From positions 32,001-96,000 of the IMG/VR virus record IMGVR_UViG_3300020182_000010: 64,000 nucleotides of DNA. One strand, given 5' to 3'. Positions within the stretch are counted from its first letter, which is position 1, and the number at the start of each line of letters is the position of its first letter. The notes under the pieces were generated by a model. It searched no databases. It was not told the DNA's origin and saw only the letters and a list, made by a program, of their open reading frames with translations. The stretch comes from a virus. Made by a program: the position numbers and the translations under genes. Of the stretch, positions 9,455 through 19,400 are shown one piece after another.

Positions 9455-9496
9455 AACTTATACACTCTTTATATAGTGATTCGTATAGATTGTCAA
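9455..9496 (-). promoter_or_regulatory. early promoter with GANTC/YGAKTCG
   Basis: TTGACAatctataCGAATCActaTATAAAgagtgtataagtt; leader shared with 5317-5358. Confidence 0.85.
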
Positions 9497-9513
9497 GTGC
9501 TAAATTTTAATAA

Positions 9514-9876
9514 TTAGTCCCACAAATTTTCATAAAATTCACCAAACAATTTAAAGGCATTGGTAAGCCGTTCTTGTGTTTCTTGCATACACTCCTTGCA
9601 TGCTGGATCAGAAAAGTTTGAACATTTATCAGCACAAATATCACCAGCGTCTATTTCTTTTGCCTTTTGTCCAAATGCCCAAATCATTTCATCTAGGATT
9701 TGGTTCCAACTTTCTTCAGTAAGACCGCTAGGATATCCATGTGTTGTTGCTTTGAGTTGTACAAGCATAGGATGAATAATCATAGCAAGTGTATGATCCA
9801 TACTCCAAGTATCGTGTGGTTCTATTTCAACTCTTGTGGCGCGATTTTTACGATATGGGCCTATTTTGACTCGCAT
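9514..9876 (-). CDS. hypothetical phage protein
   Basis: DTWSMDHTLA..IHPML..LK...HGYP...LDEMIWAF...LWD. Confidence 0.8.
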   Translation of the reverse strand: MRVKIGPYRKNRATRVEIEPHDTWSMDHTLAMIIHPMLVQLKATTHGYPSGLTEESWNQILDEMIWAFGQKAKEIDAGDICADKCSNFSDPACKECMQETQERLTNAFKLFGEFYENLWD

Positions 9877-9888
9877 AGTCTATACTTT

Positions 9889-10089
9889 CTAATTTATTTG
9901 TTTTGGTCCAGAAGAAGTGAATTCCATGCCATGTGCATTTCCAACATATATTTTTCCATTCCAATTCATTCTAATTCTATTAGTTGCAATATAAGCATCG
10001 AATGATTTACCCGGACGCATATTATCTGCCTCTACTTCAACACTATTGTTATTCATTGTGTTGGTAAGAATTGCTATTGTGTCATACAT
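9889..10089 (-). CDS. small hypothetical protein
   Basis: 66 aa with AAGGA RBS, in the early operon. Confidence 0.65.
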   Translation of the reverse strand: MYDTIAILTNTMNNNSVEVEADNMRPGKSFDAYIATNRIRMNWNGKIYVGNAHGMEFTSSGPKQIN

Positions 10090-10103
10090 TAATTATTCCT
10101 TGT

Positions 10104-10298
10104 TTAATCAAAAAAGTTACCTTCAATCCAATAAAATTCATCAGGGCCATCACTCCAAATGCCATCTTTTGATTTGGGATTACTCCATAACAATTGGCGA
10201 TTTGCTTGTTCCATAACTGAGATTGCTGTAGCACCTTCAAGTGTTACATTATTTCCATATGCAGTGAATGTATATTTTTTCATCGTTGTTACCTTCAA
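10104..10298 (-). CDS. small hypothetical protein
   Basis: 64 aa in the early operon. Confidence 0.6.
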   Translation of the reverse strand: MKVTTMKKYTFTAYGNNVTLEGATAISVMEQANRQLLWSNPKSKDGIWSDGPDEFYWIEGNFFD

Positions 10299-10537
10299 TT
10301 AAAATAAACGTGCAGATTATCATATATTGTATCGCCACCGTTCATTAACGCTGTCCCATCAATAAGATAAGTCATATGTTCTTGCTCAACTACAACCTGG
10401 ATATCACCGCCGTATTTGACCCGTGTACTAGTAATATTACCAATGAAAGGTGCACCTGCATAGTATCCACTAACTTCTGAACCTATAGCGTTATATAAGT
10501 TATCCATAAACGTTTTTTCTTCGTATGACACAATCAT
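10295..10537 (-). CDS. small hypothetical early protein
   Basis: 80 aa directly after an early promoter; AAGGA RBS. Confidence 0.7.
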   Translation of the reverse strand: MIVSYEEKTFMDNLYNAIGSEVSGYYAGAPFIGNITSTRVKYGGDIQVVVEQEHMTYLIDGTALMNGGDTIYDNLHVYFN

Positions 10538-10565
10538 TTATTTTTCCTTTACAACATATAAGTTC

Positions 10566-10594
10566 TTTATAAAGTGATTCGGTTATAATGTCAA
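10566..10594 (-). promoter_or_regulatory. early promoter with GANTC/YGAKTCG
   Basis: TTGACAttataacCGAATCActtTATAAA. Confidence 0.85.
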
Positions 10595-10606
10595 GAGAAA
10601 AATAAA

Positions 10607-11206
10607 TTATTTTACAAAGGCGCCAATTCTACCGTGTACATCTGGATAATCACGATATGTGTATCCTTTTGGTGGTTCTGTTGAGTCCCCCTTCCAGACT
10701 GGAATAAAATGATTTATATTGCCAGTGAAATCTTCATTTTTTCGAAAGTGAACTTCTATTAATTTATCACCTATAAATTCACAATTCATCCATGGATTCC
10801 TAGGCAAAAGTTCTATTAGGATTTCTGGAAATGGTATTCTGACATCATTTCTCCTCCAAGAACTCCATTTAACAAAAGTGTTTTCTGGTTTGACACCTTC
10901 AACGCATAAAAACTGTGTACCATTGTAGTAGTCAATACTAAAATGTCTACCCTCAAAGAACTCACACCAAAAGTGACCTATTGGTAGGTCCAGAGTTTCA
11001 CCTTCTATCCATGTCTTTTGAGCACCAAGACCAGGTCCCAGCATATTCACACAGGGTCTAACAATATAATTATCTGCTTTGGGGACATCGAGTCCAACTG
11101 GTCCACAGACATAACCTAGTTTGCGAGATAATATTAATTTATCAAGCGCCCAAATATCATTCGGGCTAATATTATGCCAAACAAAATCTTCTGCGCTATC
11201 TTCCAC
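10607..11206 (-). CDS. ATP-grasp-like phage protein
   Basis: YIVRPCVNMLG, WCEFFEG, NCEF...LIEVHFR pattern; GTG start. Confidence 0.5.
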   Translation of the reverse strand: MEDSAEDFVWHNISPNDIWALDKLILSRKLGYVCGPVGLDVPKADNYIVRPCVNMLGPGLGAQKTWIEGETLDLPIGHFWCEFFEGRHFSIDYYNGTQFLCVEGVKPENTFVKWSSWRRNDVRIPFPEILIELLPRNPWMNCEFIGDKLIEVHFRKNEDFTGNINHFIPVWKGDSTEPPKGYTYRDYPDVHGRIGAFVK

Positions 11207-11261
11207 TTTTATACTATCCTAAATTTTTTTACTCATACATATATTTATTTAATTTTAAATA

Positions 11262-11600
11262 TTACAGTAATTTTTGTAAATAATAGTATTCATCTACAGC
11301 AAAAGTTCTTCTAATATTTTTATTTCTATTTCTAGTAGGATTTATTGTGTTTCTAGTATATGCAACTATTTCATAATAATAATCTAACCATATAATATTA
11401 TTAGTACTTACAAATACTCTGTAATCATCAGGTATCATACTATGTACTACACTTTTACTATCTTCGAATTCCCATACAATTTGTGGAATTAGTGCATATC
11501 TCTTTTTTATTTCCCATTTATGCATTGGTTCATAATACGATATTGCATACGGCGTTGTTGGTATTCTGCTTGTGGAAGTTTTTGGAATTGATAATATCAT
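11262..11600 (-). CDS. hypothetical protein
   Basis: 112 aa; ATGA overlap with the Smr gene. Confidence 0.55.
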   Translation of the reverse strand: MILSIPKTSTSRIPTTPYAISYYEPMHKWEIKKRYALIPQIVWEFEDSKSVVHSMIPDDYRVFVSTNNIIWLDYYYEIVAYTRNTINPTRNRNKNIRRTFAVDEYYYLQKLL

Positions 11601-11887
11601 TTATGAAACTTTTTGTATAGTCCAATTAAATTTAGTTTTTTATTTTCTTCTTTTTTAATTGACGATTTTTTTATAGTTACTCGCCACGCCCCAGTATTTG
11701 GGTCAAGTCTTTCACATTCTAAAGCATACGGATCAGAACTAACCCAGCCTTTAAACTCTGTTGCCATAATTCCATGACCAGTGATAACTGTTGTTTTTTT
11801 TATTTTATTTAAGTAACAAATCTGTGTATGGCTACGGTATAATTCCCAAGCACTATGAATTGTATTTCCATGTAAATCTAACTGCAT
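11597..11887 (-). CDS. stand-alone Smr-domain endonuclease
   Basis: LDLHG...VITGHG...NTGA; likely start MQLDLHG at 11887. Confidence 0.85.
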   Translation of the reverse strand: MQLDLHGNTIHSAWELYRSHTQICYLNKIKKTTVITGHGIMATEFKGWVSSDPYALECERLDPNTGAWRVTIKKSSIKKEENKKLNLIGLYKKFHK

Positions 11888-11892
11888 TGTTT

Positions 11893-12342
11893 TTAATCTG
11901 CATGTATATTCACATCCCATACAAATGTACCACGCATTAACATAGTTTTCATATTATTAGGTTGTGTGAGGTAATGCGGATCTCTATCGTTAATAAAAAC
12001 TACAGCATTCTTTCGTAAATTATATGAGTTTCCTAATAAATTATTAATTTCTGGAACAACTATTGGGGACACATTAATATAAAATATTGATGTAGTATCT
12101 AATATTGGTCTTACCACGCCTCGTTCGTCAAGTGATTCATCGTATTGATCCGCACTTAGGTTTGAAACTTCACTCTTTAATATACCAGCGATAGTTTTAC
12201 TAATATTAGGCATTAATGACATATCATTTGTTTGGATTAAACGTTTAATATCTTTAGAAGTATTATCAGGTATAGTTCCCATAATTTTATAAAATGGCAT
12301 TTTGAATTTCTTCGCTGTATATTTGTCTTGTATTTTACTCAT
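11893..12342 (-). CDS. hypothetical protein
   Basis: 149 aa ORF in the operon. Confidence 0.6.
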   Translation of the reverse strand: MSKIQDKYTAKKFKMPFYKIMGTIPDNTSKDIKRLIQTNDMSLMPNISKTIAGILKSEVSNLSADQYDESLDERGVVRPILDTTSIFYINVSPIVVPEINNLLGNSYNLRKNAVVFINDRDPHYLTQPNNMKTMLMRGTFVWDVNIHAD

Positions 12343-12374
12343 AATTCTTCTACCACTAATAATTAAACTTAAAC

Positions 12375-12698
12375 TTATTTATCGCTACCTTTGTTAATAA
12401 CACCTTCTGTTTTACATTCTTTTATGAAGTTATTATAATGTTCTGGATATTTAATTTGAACATGCTGTACTATTGATTTATAATCACGAGTTTCTGCATT
12501 GTTTAAAACTACATTACCAGTTGAAATATCAATAATAGTAGTCGCGCTGGTCCACCATCTTTTTCTTATTCTAGTTACAAAAAACACTTCCTCAAACATT
12601 TCCCACTCGCCAATTGTCGCAAAGTTTTTAATTGAAGTATTCTGACCGGCAGCCGGTCTAAATTTATGTACTAATACTATATATGCTTTTTTTGCCAT
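12375..12698 (-). CDS. hypothetical protein
   Basis: 107 aa ORF in the operon. Confidence 0.7.
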   Translation of the reverse strand: MAKKAYIVLVHKFRPAAGQNTSIKNFATIGEWEMFEEVFFVTRIRKRWWTSATTIIDISTGNVVLNNAETRDYKSIVQHVQIKYPEHYNNFIKECKTEGVINKGSDK

Positions 12699-12699
12699 A

Positions 12700-13116
12700 T
12701 TATTCTATTACTATCTTATTATCTTTAATAATTATATTATCTCTATTGTTTATATTTATCATACATATAATCCAGTCTTTATTTTTAATTATTTGCGTTT
12801 CTAATTTTATATCATCACACATATTTTCGAGTACATCACTACTATATCCAATAGTATTTGGATCGCCTATAATAACATATTCATACTCTTTTTCTATTAT
12901 TTTCCTTTCACAATATTTTAATGCCCAATGCAAATCATTGGTATCATTTACGAGGATACGAATGTTTCCTTCTTCTATATTACTACGGAAAGGGTTTGGT
13001 GGATCAAGATTAACTGCTATATTATACGAAACCTCACGATGTAACTGCAATAGATAATCATCATATAGTTCTTTACCAATAATAATCTTTGGTTCATAAT
13101 AGTCTTCATATTCCAT
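12700..13116 (-). CDS. hypothetical protein
   Basis: 138 aa abutting the clamp loader gene. Confidence 0.6.
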   Translation of the reverse strand: MEYEDYYEPKIIIGKELYDDYLLQLHREVSYNIAVNLDPPNPFRSNIEEGNIRILVNDTNDLHWALKYCERKIIEKEYEYVIIGDPNTIGYSSDVLENMCDDIKLETQIIKNKDWIICMININNRDNIIIKDNKIVIE

Positions 13117-14070
13117 TTAGTTATTACCAATATGCTGTAGTTCAAGTAGTGTTGCGCTTAGATTAATTTCAGGATCTGCTACTAACGCATGATTTACTAG
13201 ACCATCACGAATACAAATGAGTGCGCGTCCTTGCGTAATATCATCTTCGCCAAACCAGATTAGATTTTCATACAACTTTCTATATACACTTTCATACTCT
13301 TGTGCTTGTGCTTTAGAAACAATTAGTTTACGTGCCTCTGCAATCTTACCAATCTGAAATAATGCAACATATTCTAGTACCCAATCGCTTTCACCATTCT
13401 CACCTTGTCCTGGCTGTTGTAGTTTATTATCAACGATTGATTGCTGTACCATATTAATACATTTACGTAAATCTGGATATGCTGATTTAACATAAACGTC
13501 AAGCGTATCAATATCTAAATCAATACCCTCACTGATAAGAATAGTTGCTACTCTTGCAGCAAATTCTTGTTCATCTAATTTCTCAATATGATATCCCTGA
13601 CACCGTGAATGAATTGCAGGAATTACTTTATTAGGATAGTTACATGTAAGAATAAACCTACAAGTCATAGAATATGTTTCCATCATATTACGCAAGATTG
13701 CTTGTGCACTTGGAGATAGATAGTCAGCTTCGTCTAATAATACATACTTGAAGTCGCCACCAAATGGCAGACTACTTGCAAATCCACTAATTTTGGTTCG
13801 CATTGTATCTACATTATTTTCATTTGATGCATTGATAATCATGATATCACCGCCATCAACACCTAATTCATTTAATAGAACCTTCGCAAGTGTGGTTTTT
13901 CCTGTACCGGCTGCACCACTGAATAATAGATGTGGAATTGCTCCACTATCTACCCAAGATTTAACTTGACGTTTTTGTTTCTCGTCCCGGAATACATAAT
14001 CTTTTGTCATGGTTGGACGATACTTTTCTACCCATAATTCTTTCAAGTTCTTCTCCGTATTGATCTTCAA
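13117..14070 (-). CDS. sliding-clamp loader ATPase subunit (T4 gp44 / RFC small subunit-like)
   Basis: LWVEKYRP, GAAGTGKTT, INAS, LDEAD, FILTCNY, SRC. Confidence 0.95.
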   Translation of the reverse strand: MKINTEKNLKELWVEKYRPTMTKDYVFRDEKQKRQVKSWVDSGAIPHLLFSGAAGTGKTTLAKVLLNELGVDGGDIMIINASNENNVDTMRTKISGFASSLPFGGDFKYVLLDEADYLSPSAQAILRNMMETYSMTCRFILTCNYPNKVIPAIHSRCQGYHIEKLDEQEFAARVATILISEGIDLDIDTLDVYVKSAYPDLRKCINMVQQSIVDNKLQQPGQGENGESDWVLEYVALFQIGKIAEARKLIVSKAQAQEYESVYRKLYENLIWFGEDDITQGRALICIRDGLVNHALVADPEINLSATLLELQHIGNN

Positions 14071-14164
14071 ATTTTTGTTCTAGTTCTTTCATGTAGACGG
14101 AATTATCGTTTAACATGTCACTTAGTTTAACATTTTTTACAGTCATTGTCAAGTTATACTTTCT

Positions 14165-14521
14165 TTATAATGCACTTTGAACTAAATTCATCATTACTGC
14201 GGTTCCACTAATACTACTGCCAATCATAATAGCACGGTCACTCCACGCCATTCCCACATATACCCATCCGATTGAACTAAGTACATATAAAAATTGTCCT
14301 AGAAATACCATATTTGCACTGATAAGAAATACACCAGTAACGGCTAAAATCATACTAAGCCATTTAACATACCAATCGATAGTACCTGTTGGTGTTGTTG
14401 GTGTAAGGTCCTCGACTTCTGTTTGTAGTTCTGATAGTTCTTGCTTTAATCTCTTGCGTTCTTGTGCATATTCAATCGCAAGTTTTTTAGCATTACTTTC
14501 TTTTAATTCTGTATCTACCAT
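14165..14521 (-). CDS. membrane protein (coiled coil plus 3 TM)
   Basis: DWYVKW followed by hydrophobic helices. Confidence 0.7.
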   Translation of the reverse strand: MVDTELKESNAKKLAIEYAQERKRLKQELSELQTEVEDLTPTTPTGTIDWYVKWLSMILAVTGVFLISANMVFLGQFLYVLSSIGWVYVGMAWSDRAIMIGSSISGTAVMMNLVQSAL

Positions 14522-14531
14522 TTTTAATCTC

Positions 14532-14849
14532 TTATGCTATTCGTTTTCTCACTGTTCCACTTTTAGTATAGTACGTTTTGCGTACACTATTAAGTCCACC
14601 CTGGACTCGCCCTGGATATTCACCAAGAAATGTTCCAGCACGTAGTTCATCAGGATTGATATATTCTTTATGAAAATGTTCGATTTCATCCCATACATCT
14701 AGCATTGTTTTTGACATTTCATCAAAGAATTGGTCTGAGAAAATAGGATTATCATCTTTGTAATACGCATATGCTGCCATTAAATACCATGGGACCATCA
14801 TATTAATATTGTTCGCAAAGATTTTTGCGGCGGGTGTATCTAGCATCAC
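14532..14849 (-). CDS. protein resembling NAD-dependent DNA ligase subdomain Ia
   Basis: AYAYYKDDNPIFSDQFFD resembles YYxxDxPxxSDxxYD. Confidence 0.65.
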   Translation of the reverse strand: MMLDTPAAKIFANNINMMVPWYLMAAYAYYKDDNPIFSDQFFDEMSKTMLDVWDEIEHFHKEYINPDELRAGTFLGEYPGRVQGGLNSVRKTYYTKSGTVRKRIA

Positions 14850-14967
14850 TCTACCATTTTAAAAGTTACCGGAATATAGTGTGCATCTAATTCATCACGA
14901 TATTCCATTGCATCTAGTACACAATAAAATGTGCGAGTTACAAGTTTGCCTTTTACATTTCCAGTTA

Positions 14968-15871
14968 TTATATACATTTTACACCAATTTCAGTAAGCAT
15001 TATTTTTGCAAGAGATGTTTTGTCAAGTGTTTGCCTATCTACTGTATCTTCTAGTAACATTTGTACGAGTGTTTCAAACATTAATTGTTCACTATACAAT
15101 AATGCGTCTTTGAAATCTCTCATTTGTTCAGCAGTTTCTAATTGCCATATAGCATCCATCATTAGACATTGTTCTTCTGTTAAATTATAAAGAGTCATAT
15201 TATTACCTATTAGAGTAATGATTTAAAGAAATCAATAGAGTTATTCCATAACACTATTACCATATTAAATAGATCAGTTGAAATCCATGTGATAATATCT
15301 ATTGATAGGGTCGCTAACAGATTCGCTGCAAGTAAAATAATAATAATATTTAATTTAAATTTAAGACCTCGCCACATGCTTTTACGTTTTTTCAGTGCAA
15401 TTTTTAATTCAACAGGACTTGCATCATCAAGTCCATATACTACTGCTTGTGTTTTTTTATCCATAATCTGTTTAGTCCATTCTATCTAAGCCGCTATCTT
15501 CACACGGCCATTTTTCAGCATTGTTAGGAAATAAATCATTTAGTATATCATTTACTTCATATACAGTAATCGTGTGCTGTTCATCAACGTGTTTTCGATC
15601 TTTTACTAACTTTAGTAAATAATCTGGAATTTCACTAAGACATTTATAATTAAAGTTATTCATCAAACTTCATATATTCTACTTGTTGGTCACCGTTTTC
15701 TAATGTTCTACGGCTTTTGACTCGGATGAATTTTAATTCTTCTAACTGTTGTAGTAGTACGTCAACGGCATTTGCCGAACCAATTTTACGTCCATGATGT
15801 CTTCCCATCATAAAGATAACACCTGCAATTAATACGGCCCACAATCCAGAAGGTTCTGTAAACATTTCCAT
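14968..15871 (-). other. run of four small hypothetical ORFs (14968-15198, 15210-15464, 15472-15666, 15656-15871)
   Basis: tightly packed, co-oriented ORFs with RBSs after the promoter at 15894-15922; two have TM segments. Confidence 0.65.
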
Positions 15872-15893
15872 TTTTTATCTCCTATACATTAGT

Positions 15894-15922
15894 AATATAT
15901 AATGATTCTATTATAATGTCAA
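15894..15922 (-). promoter_or_regulatory. early promoter, variant with GANTC (TGATTCT)
   Basis: TTGACAttataatAGAATCAttaTATATT; GANTC at the same offset as in the other copies. Confidence 0.7.
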
Positions 15923-15926
15923 GTAG

Positions 15927-16355
15927 TTATTTTTTTAATCTATTAATTTCTTCTGCATTCCTTGCAATATTTTCATCTTGTGCCTGATCAATAATAGTTT
16001 TTAGTTTTTGTGCTTTTTCTTCATCACTATCGATATGTAGGTCTTTCTTTATAACTTTTTCTAATTTTAGCATGGGAATGCGTTCATTAGGAACATACCT
16101 CCATGTATATCCTCTATCTGAGTAGATGCCGAATACGGTTTCAGTCATTCCTATTTTAACTATCATGGCTAATTCGCCATCTAGTAATACCTCGTGACCT
16201 TCTTGGAATGCTGGATTCATTTTGAACTTTAGACCTTTAGCAAGGCCTGTTGCAAAGTCTTTAAACCATATTGCAACTACTAATGAAATTAGTACACCAA
16301 TCCACGGTAGTAATAAATCACTAAATTCCATACTCAAAGTATCCAAACTTGCCAT
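15927..16355 (-). CDS. MscS-like small membrane protein
   Basis: TM helix followed by FQEGHEVLLDG...IVKIG...YVPNE beta domain; TATAAATA upstream. Confidence 0.6.
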   Translation of the reverse strand: MASLDTLSMEFSDLLLPWIGVLISLVVAIWFKDFATGLAKGLKFKMNPAFQEGHEVLLDGELAMIVKIGMTETVFGIYSDRGYTWRYVPNERIPMLKLEKVIKKDLHIDSDEEKAQKLKTIIDQAQDENIARNAEEINRLKK

Positions 16356-16397
16356 ACTTATCCCCTATAATATAAGATATTTATATAAATTGACAAT

Positions 16398-16424
16398 AAA
16401 AAAGCGCCCAGAAGGACGCTTTTT
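16398..16424 (-). terminator. intrinsic terminator after the tail fibre gene
   Basis: aaaaagcg(c)cc-agaa-gg(a)cgcttttt. Confidence 0.8.
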
Positions 16425-16451
16425 AGTTTTTATAGAACTTTAATCTTGTTG

Positions 16452-19400
16452 TTATGCCAGCTTTCTTGCTGGCGGAGTAAAGCCTGGTGGTGTTTCAAGA
16501 AGGTCTGGATTATGAATTCCACCACCCGTATAAACTTCTATATCGGTCATCCATGAGTTTACGGTGTCAAAACGGGCGTTCGCCTTGTTTGTAAGACCGG
16601 ATATATCACTTGCATCTTCGTTTACAACTACTTCACCATTTATATAATGAACTATACGCCCATTTGATTGAAGTTCAATTGCAAAATGAATCCATCCCTG
16701 AGTATCCAATCTTGTATTACCATTAGCACTATGCGTATAATACTGGAACTCTCCATTGGAACCCCATCCAAGCGTATGAGGATAGCTGGTGCCAGCAATG
16801 AGCCATTGACTATAGGAATATGACGCGCTACTGCCCGCAGTAATCCCAGTCATACCTTCCCACATTGTGGGTTGAGCGGTTCTAAACTTTATGTAATATT
16901 GGTAGGTCATTCCTTCACTAAGATCATCAGTTGACCAAACGTGAACTGATCGGTTGGGCGAAGGGCCATCCAATGCGTTTGGATTGTTGAGCAAGGCATA
17001 TGAGCCGTCTTCAAGACCCCAACTATTTCCCCAACCTGTAGGATGGTGTAATGCAACATAATTTGTAGCATTTGTATCTAATTTAGCGGTCGTGACGGCT
17101 GCAAATGTAGCACTATCCCCACTCAATGACCACATCGGGGCAGGGCCTGCAGCAGGGACCTCTGCAGCGGTCTCTGCAGGGACCACATTCGAACCTAAAG
17201 ATTTAGTTGGTGGTGTAAAGTTTTCGGTGTATCTTGCAAGACCTTTAGTAATGCGGAAGTCTTGGATGTAGCCTTCAATTCGATTGCCGATTCCACCTCC
17301 GTCTCCTGCGTCAAATTCTCCCCCAATTGCAAGTATCAAATCATCCCAATTAATTGTAGATAACCCTGAGTATGTTTGAGACATAACTTCAGATCCATTT
17401 AAATAAGTTTTTAATGAAGTTCCTACAACAACTACGGCAACATGGCTCCATTCATTTTCAGGTACATTTGTACTGGTCGTCCAATAACTCGTTGATCCGT
17501 AATATATGGCTCCGCCTTCCATGCCTGTAAACACAATTACGTTATCTCCATTAGAAATTTTATTTAGACCAAATATCGCGCGATTGCCGCTGTATAATAC
17601 TGTTGGATTCACCCAAGTTTCGATGGTAAACCCTTCGTTTGTCACTAGTGGTCCAATTCCTAAATCTTCTACTCTAACATAACCAGTTCCATCAAAATAC
17701 ATTGACTTAGTATCAGCAAACTTTGGCTGAGCTGATGAACCGGTAGTATTTCCAAATAACGTTAGTTCATTACTACTTTGAGACTTATCTATAATAGAAG
17801 CGTCTGTTCCTTTGATGTGCAATGATGAACCAGAGGAAGATAGTGGAGCGGTAGGTGGTGTAAAGTCGGCGGTGTATCTTGCAACGTCTTTGGTAATTTG
17901 AAAATCGCTGATATTAAATGAACCAGGCCATTCCCCAGCATAAGAATTCAATCCAATAGCAAAATTACCTGAAATAAAGTTTGTACTATTTGATACTGAA
18001 CCTACACTTGTACCATCAATATATATATTGACGGTACCACTATTACGAACCCAAGCAACATGATGCCATTGATCTACGTTAATAGTTCCAACTAGGCCGC
18101 CCATCAGGTTATTGCCATCGGAATATAACTCAACTCCACCATCAGCGTGTATGCCGAGAGTGACATATGCTCCGGTTGTGTTAGTAGGTCTTGTATCAAC
18201 AAGTCTCAACCTTTCTGTGTTATTACGATAAATCCATGTTTCTATAGTAAAATCATTAGTTCCAAAATTTGTAATATTAGTATCATTTACTGTTAAATAA
18301 TCTCCACTACCATCAAAATACACAGACCCGCCGTGGATGCTTGGATTATATTCACTGTAGTCATATGGCGCCAATGGCATTGTGGAAACGTCACCAGTTA
18401 CTGTAATATCATGTGAGTTAGACGAACTATCTTTAATATATGGAAGAGAACTGCTAATTAATAATGCGGTATTAGCATCAGATTCGAATGCCTCTGTGGG
18501 TGGTGTAAATGCTACATCACTAAGTGATGTGCCACCCGTTCTTAAAACAGAGCCATTCGTTACAATGAGATCACTTATATATCCTCCGAAGAAATATTGT
18601 GTTCCTCCCGGTTCATAGCCTCCTATATATGGCCCATAAGCGTAAGAATTATAATTAGTGGAATTTGTGGTTGTAAGTACTAAAGAACCATTTACATATA
18701 ATTTTAGTGAATTACCGTTATTTGCATCTCTATTTAGACTTACATGGTTCCACTCATTTAGCTCGTAAGCATTAACTGTACTAAAATAATCAGCGCCCCC
18801 TGAGACATATTGTCCGAATATAAACTGATTAGTTCCAGTGAGGCCTAGGTAGTATCCATTCGCCGTACCAACTTTATGTGTATTAAAAATCGGGCCTTTT
18901 GCTCCTGTCGGGTACATCCAAAACTCAATACTAAATGAGTTAGTTCCGAAATTAAAATCTGAGAGTGCAGAGCCACCCAATTTCAGTTTATCGCCGGAAC
19001 CATCAAAGTAAGTTGAATATCCACCACTTCTATATGGACTAAAAGTACTAGCCGTCGCATCGCCATTTACTGTAATACTATGGTTATTAGTAGATGAATC
19101 AGTTATATTGTTATTATCAGAAGTTCCTGTTGCTGTTACAAGTAATGTTGTATTACTTGAATTTAAAACCGGAGAATTTTCTACTGGTGCTGCAGGTGCT
19201 GCGCCAACACTACCCATACCACTATGATTTTGGCAATAATAGTATAGTGTAGGTGCACCAACTTCTACAGTAATTTCTGTGTATGCACCTGTTTGCCCAG
19301 GTACGCCATTATAAGTAACACCTGTTGTATATTCACTGCCGCTATCATGTGTGCCGTTTGCAGTTGTGCTAAACTTTAATGGATGTCCAGCATTAGTACT

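Noticed and set aside
11204-11236. ATG-AGT-AAA-AAA-ATT-TAG in frame with the GTG start of 10607..11206, suggesting TAG recoding
   Set aside because: Single case. TAG ends other genes normally (4815, 48658, 54899) and long genes are not interrupted by TAG. It may be a tiny uORF or chance.
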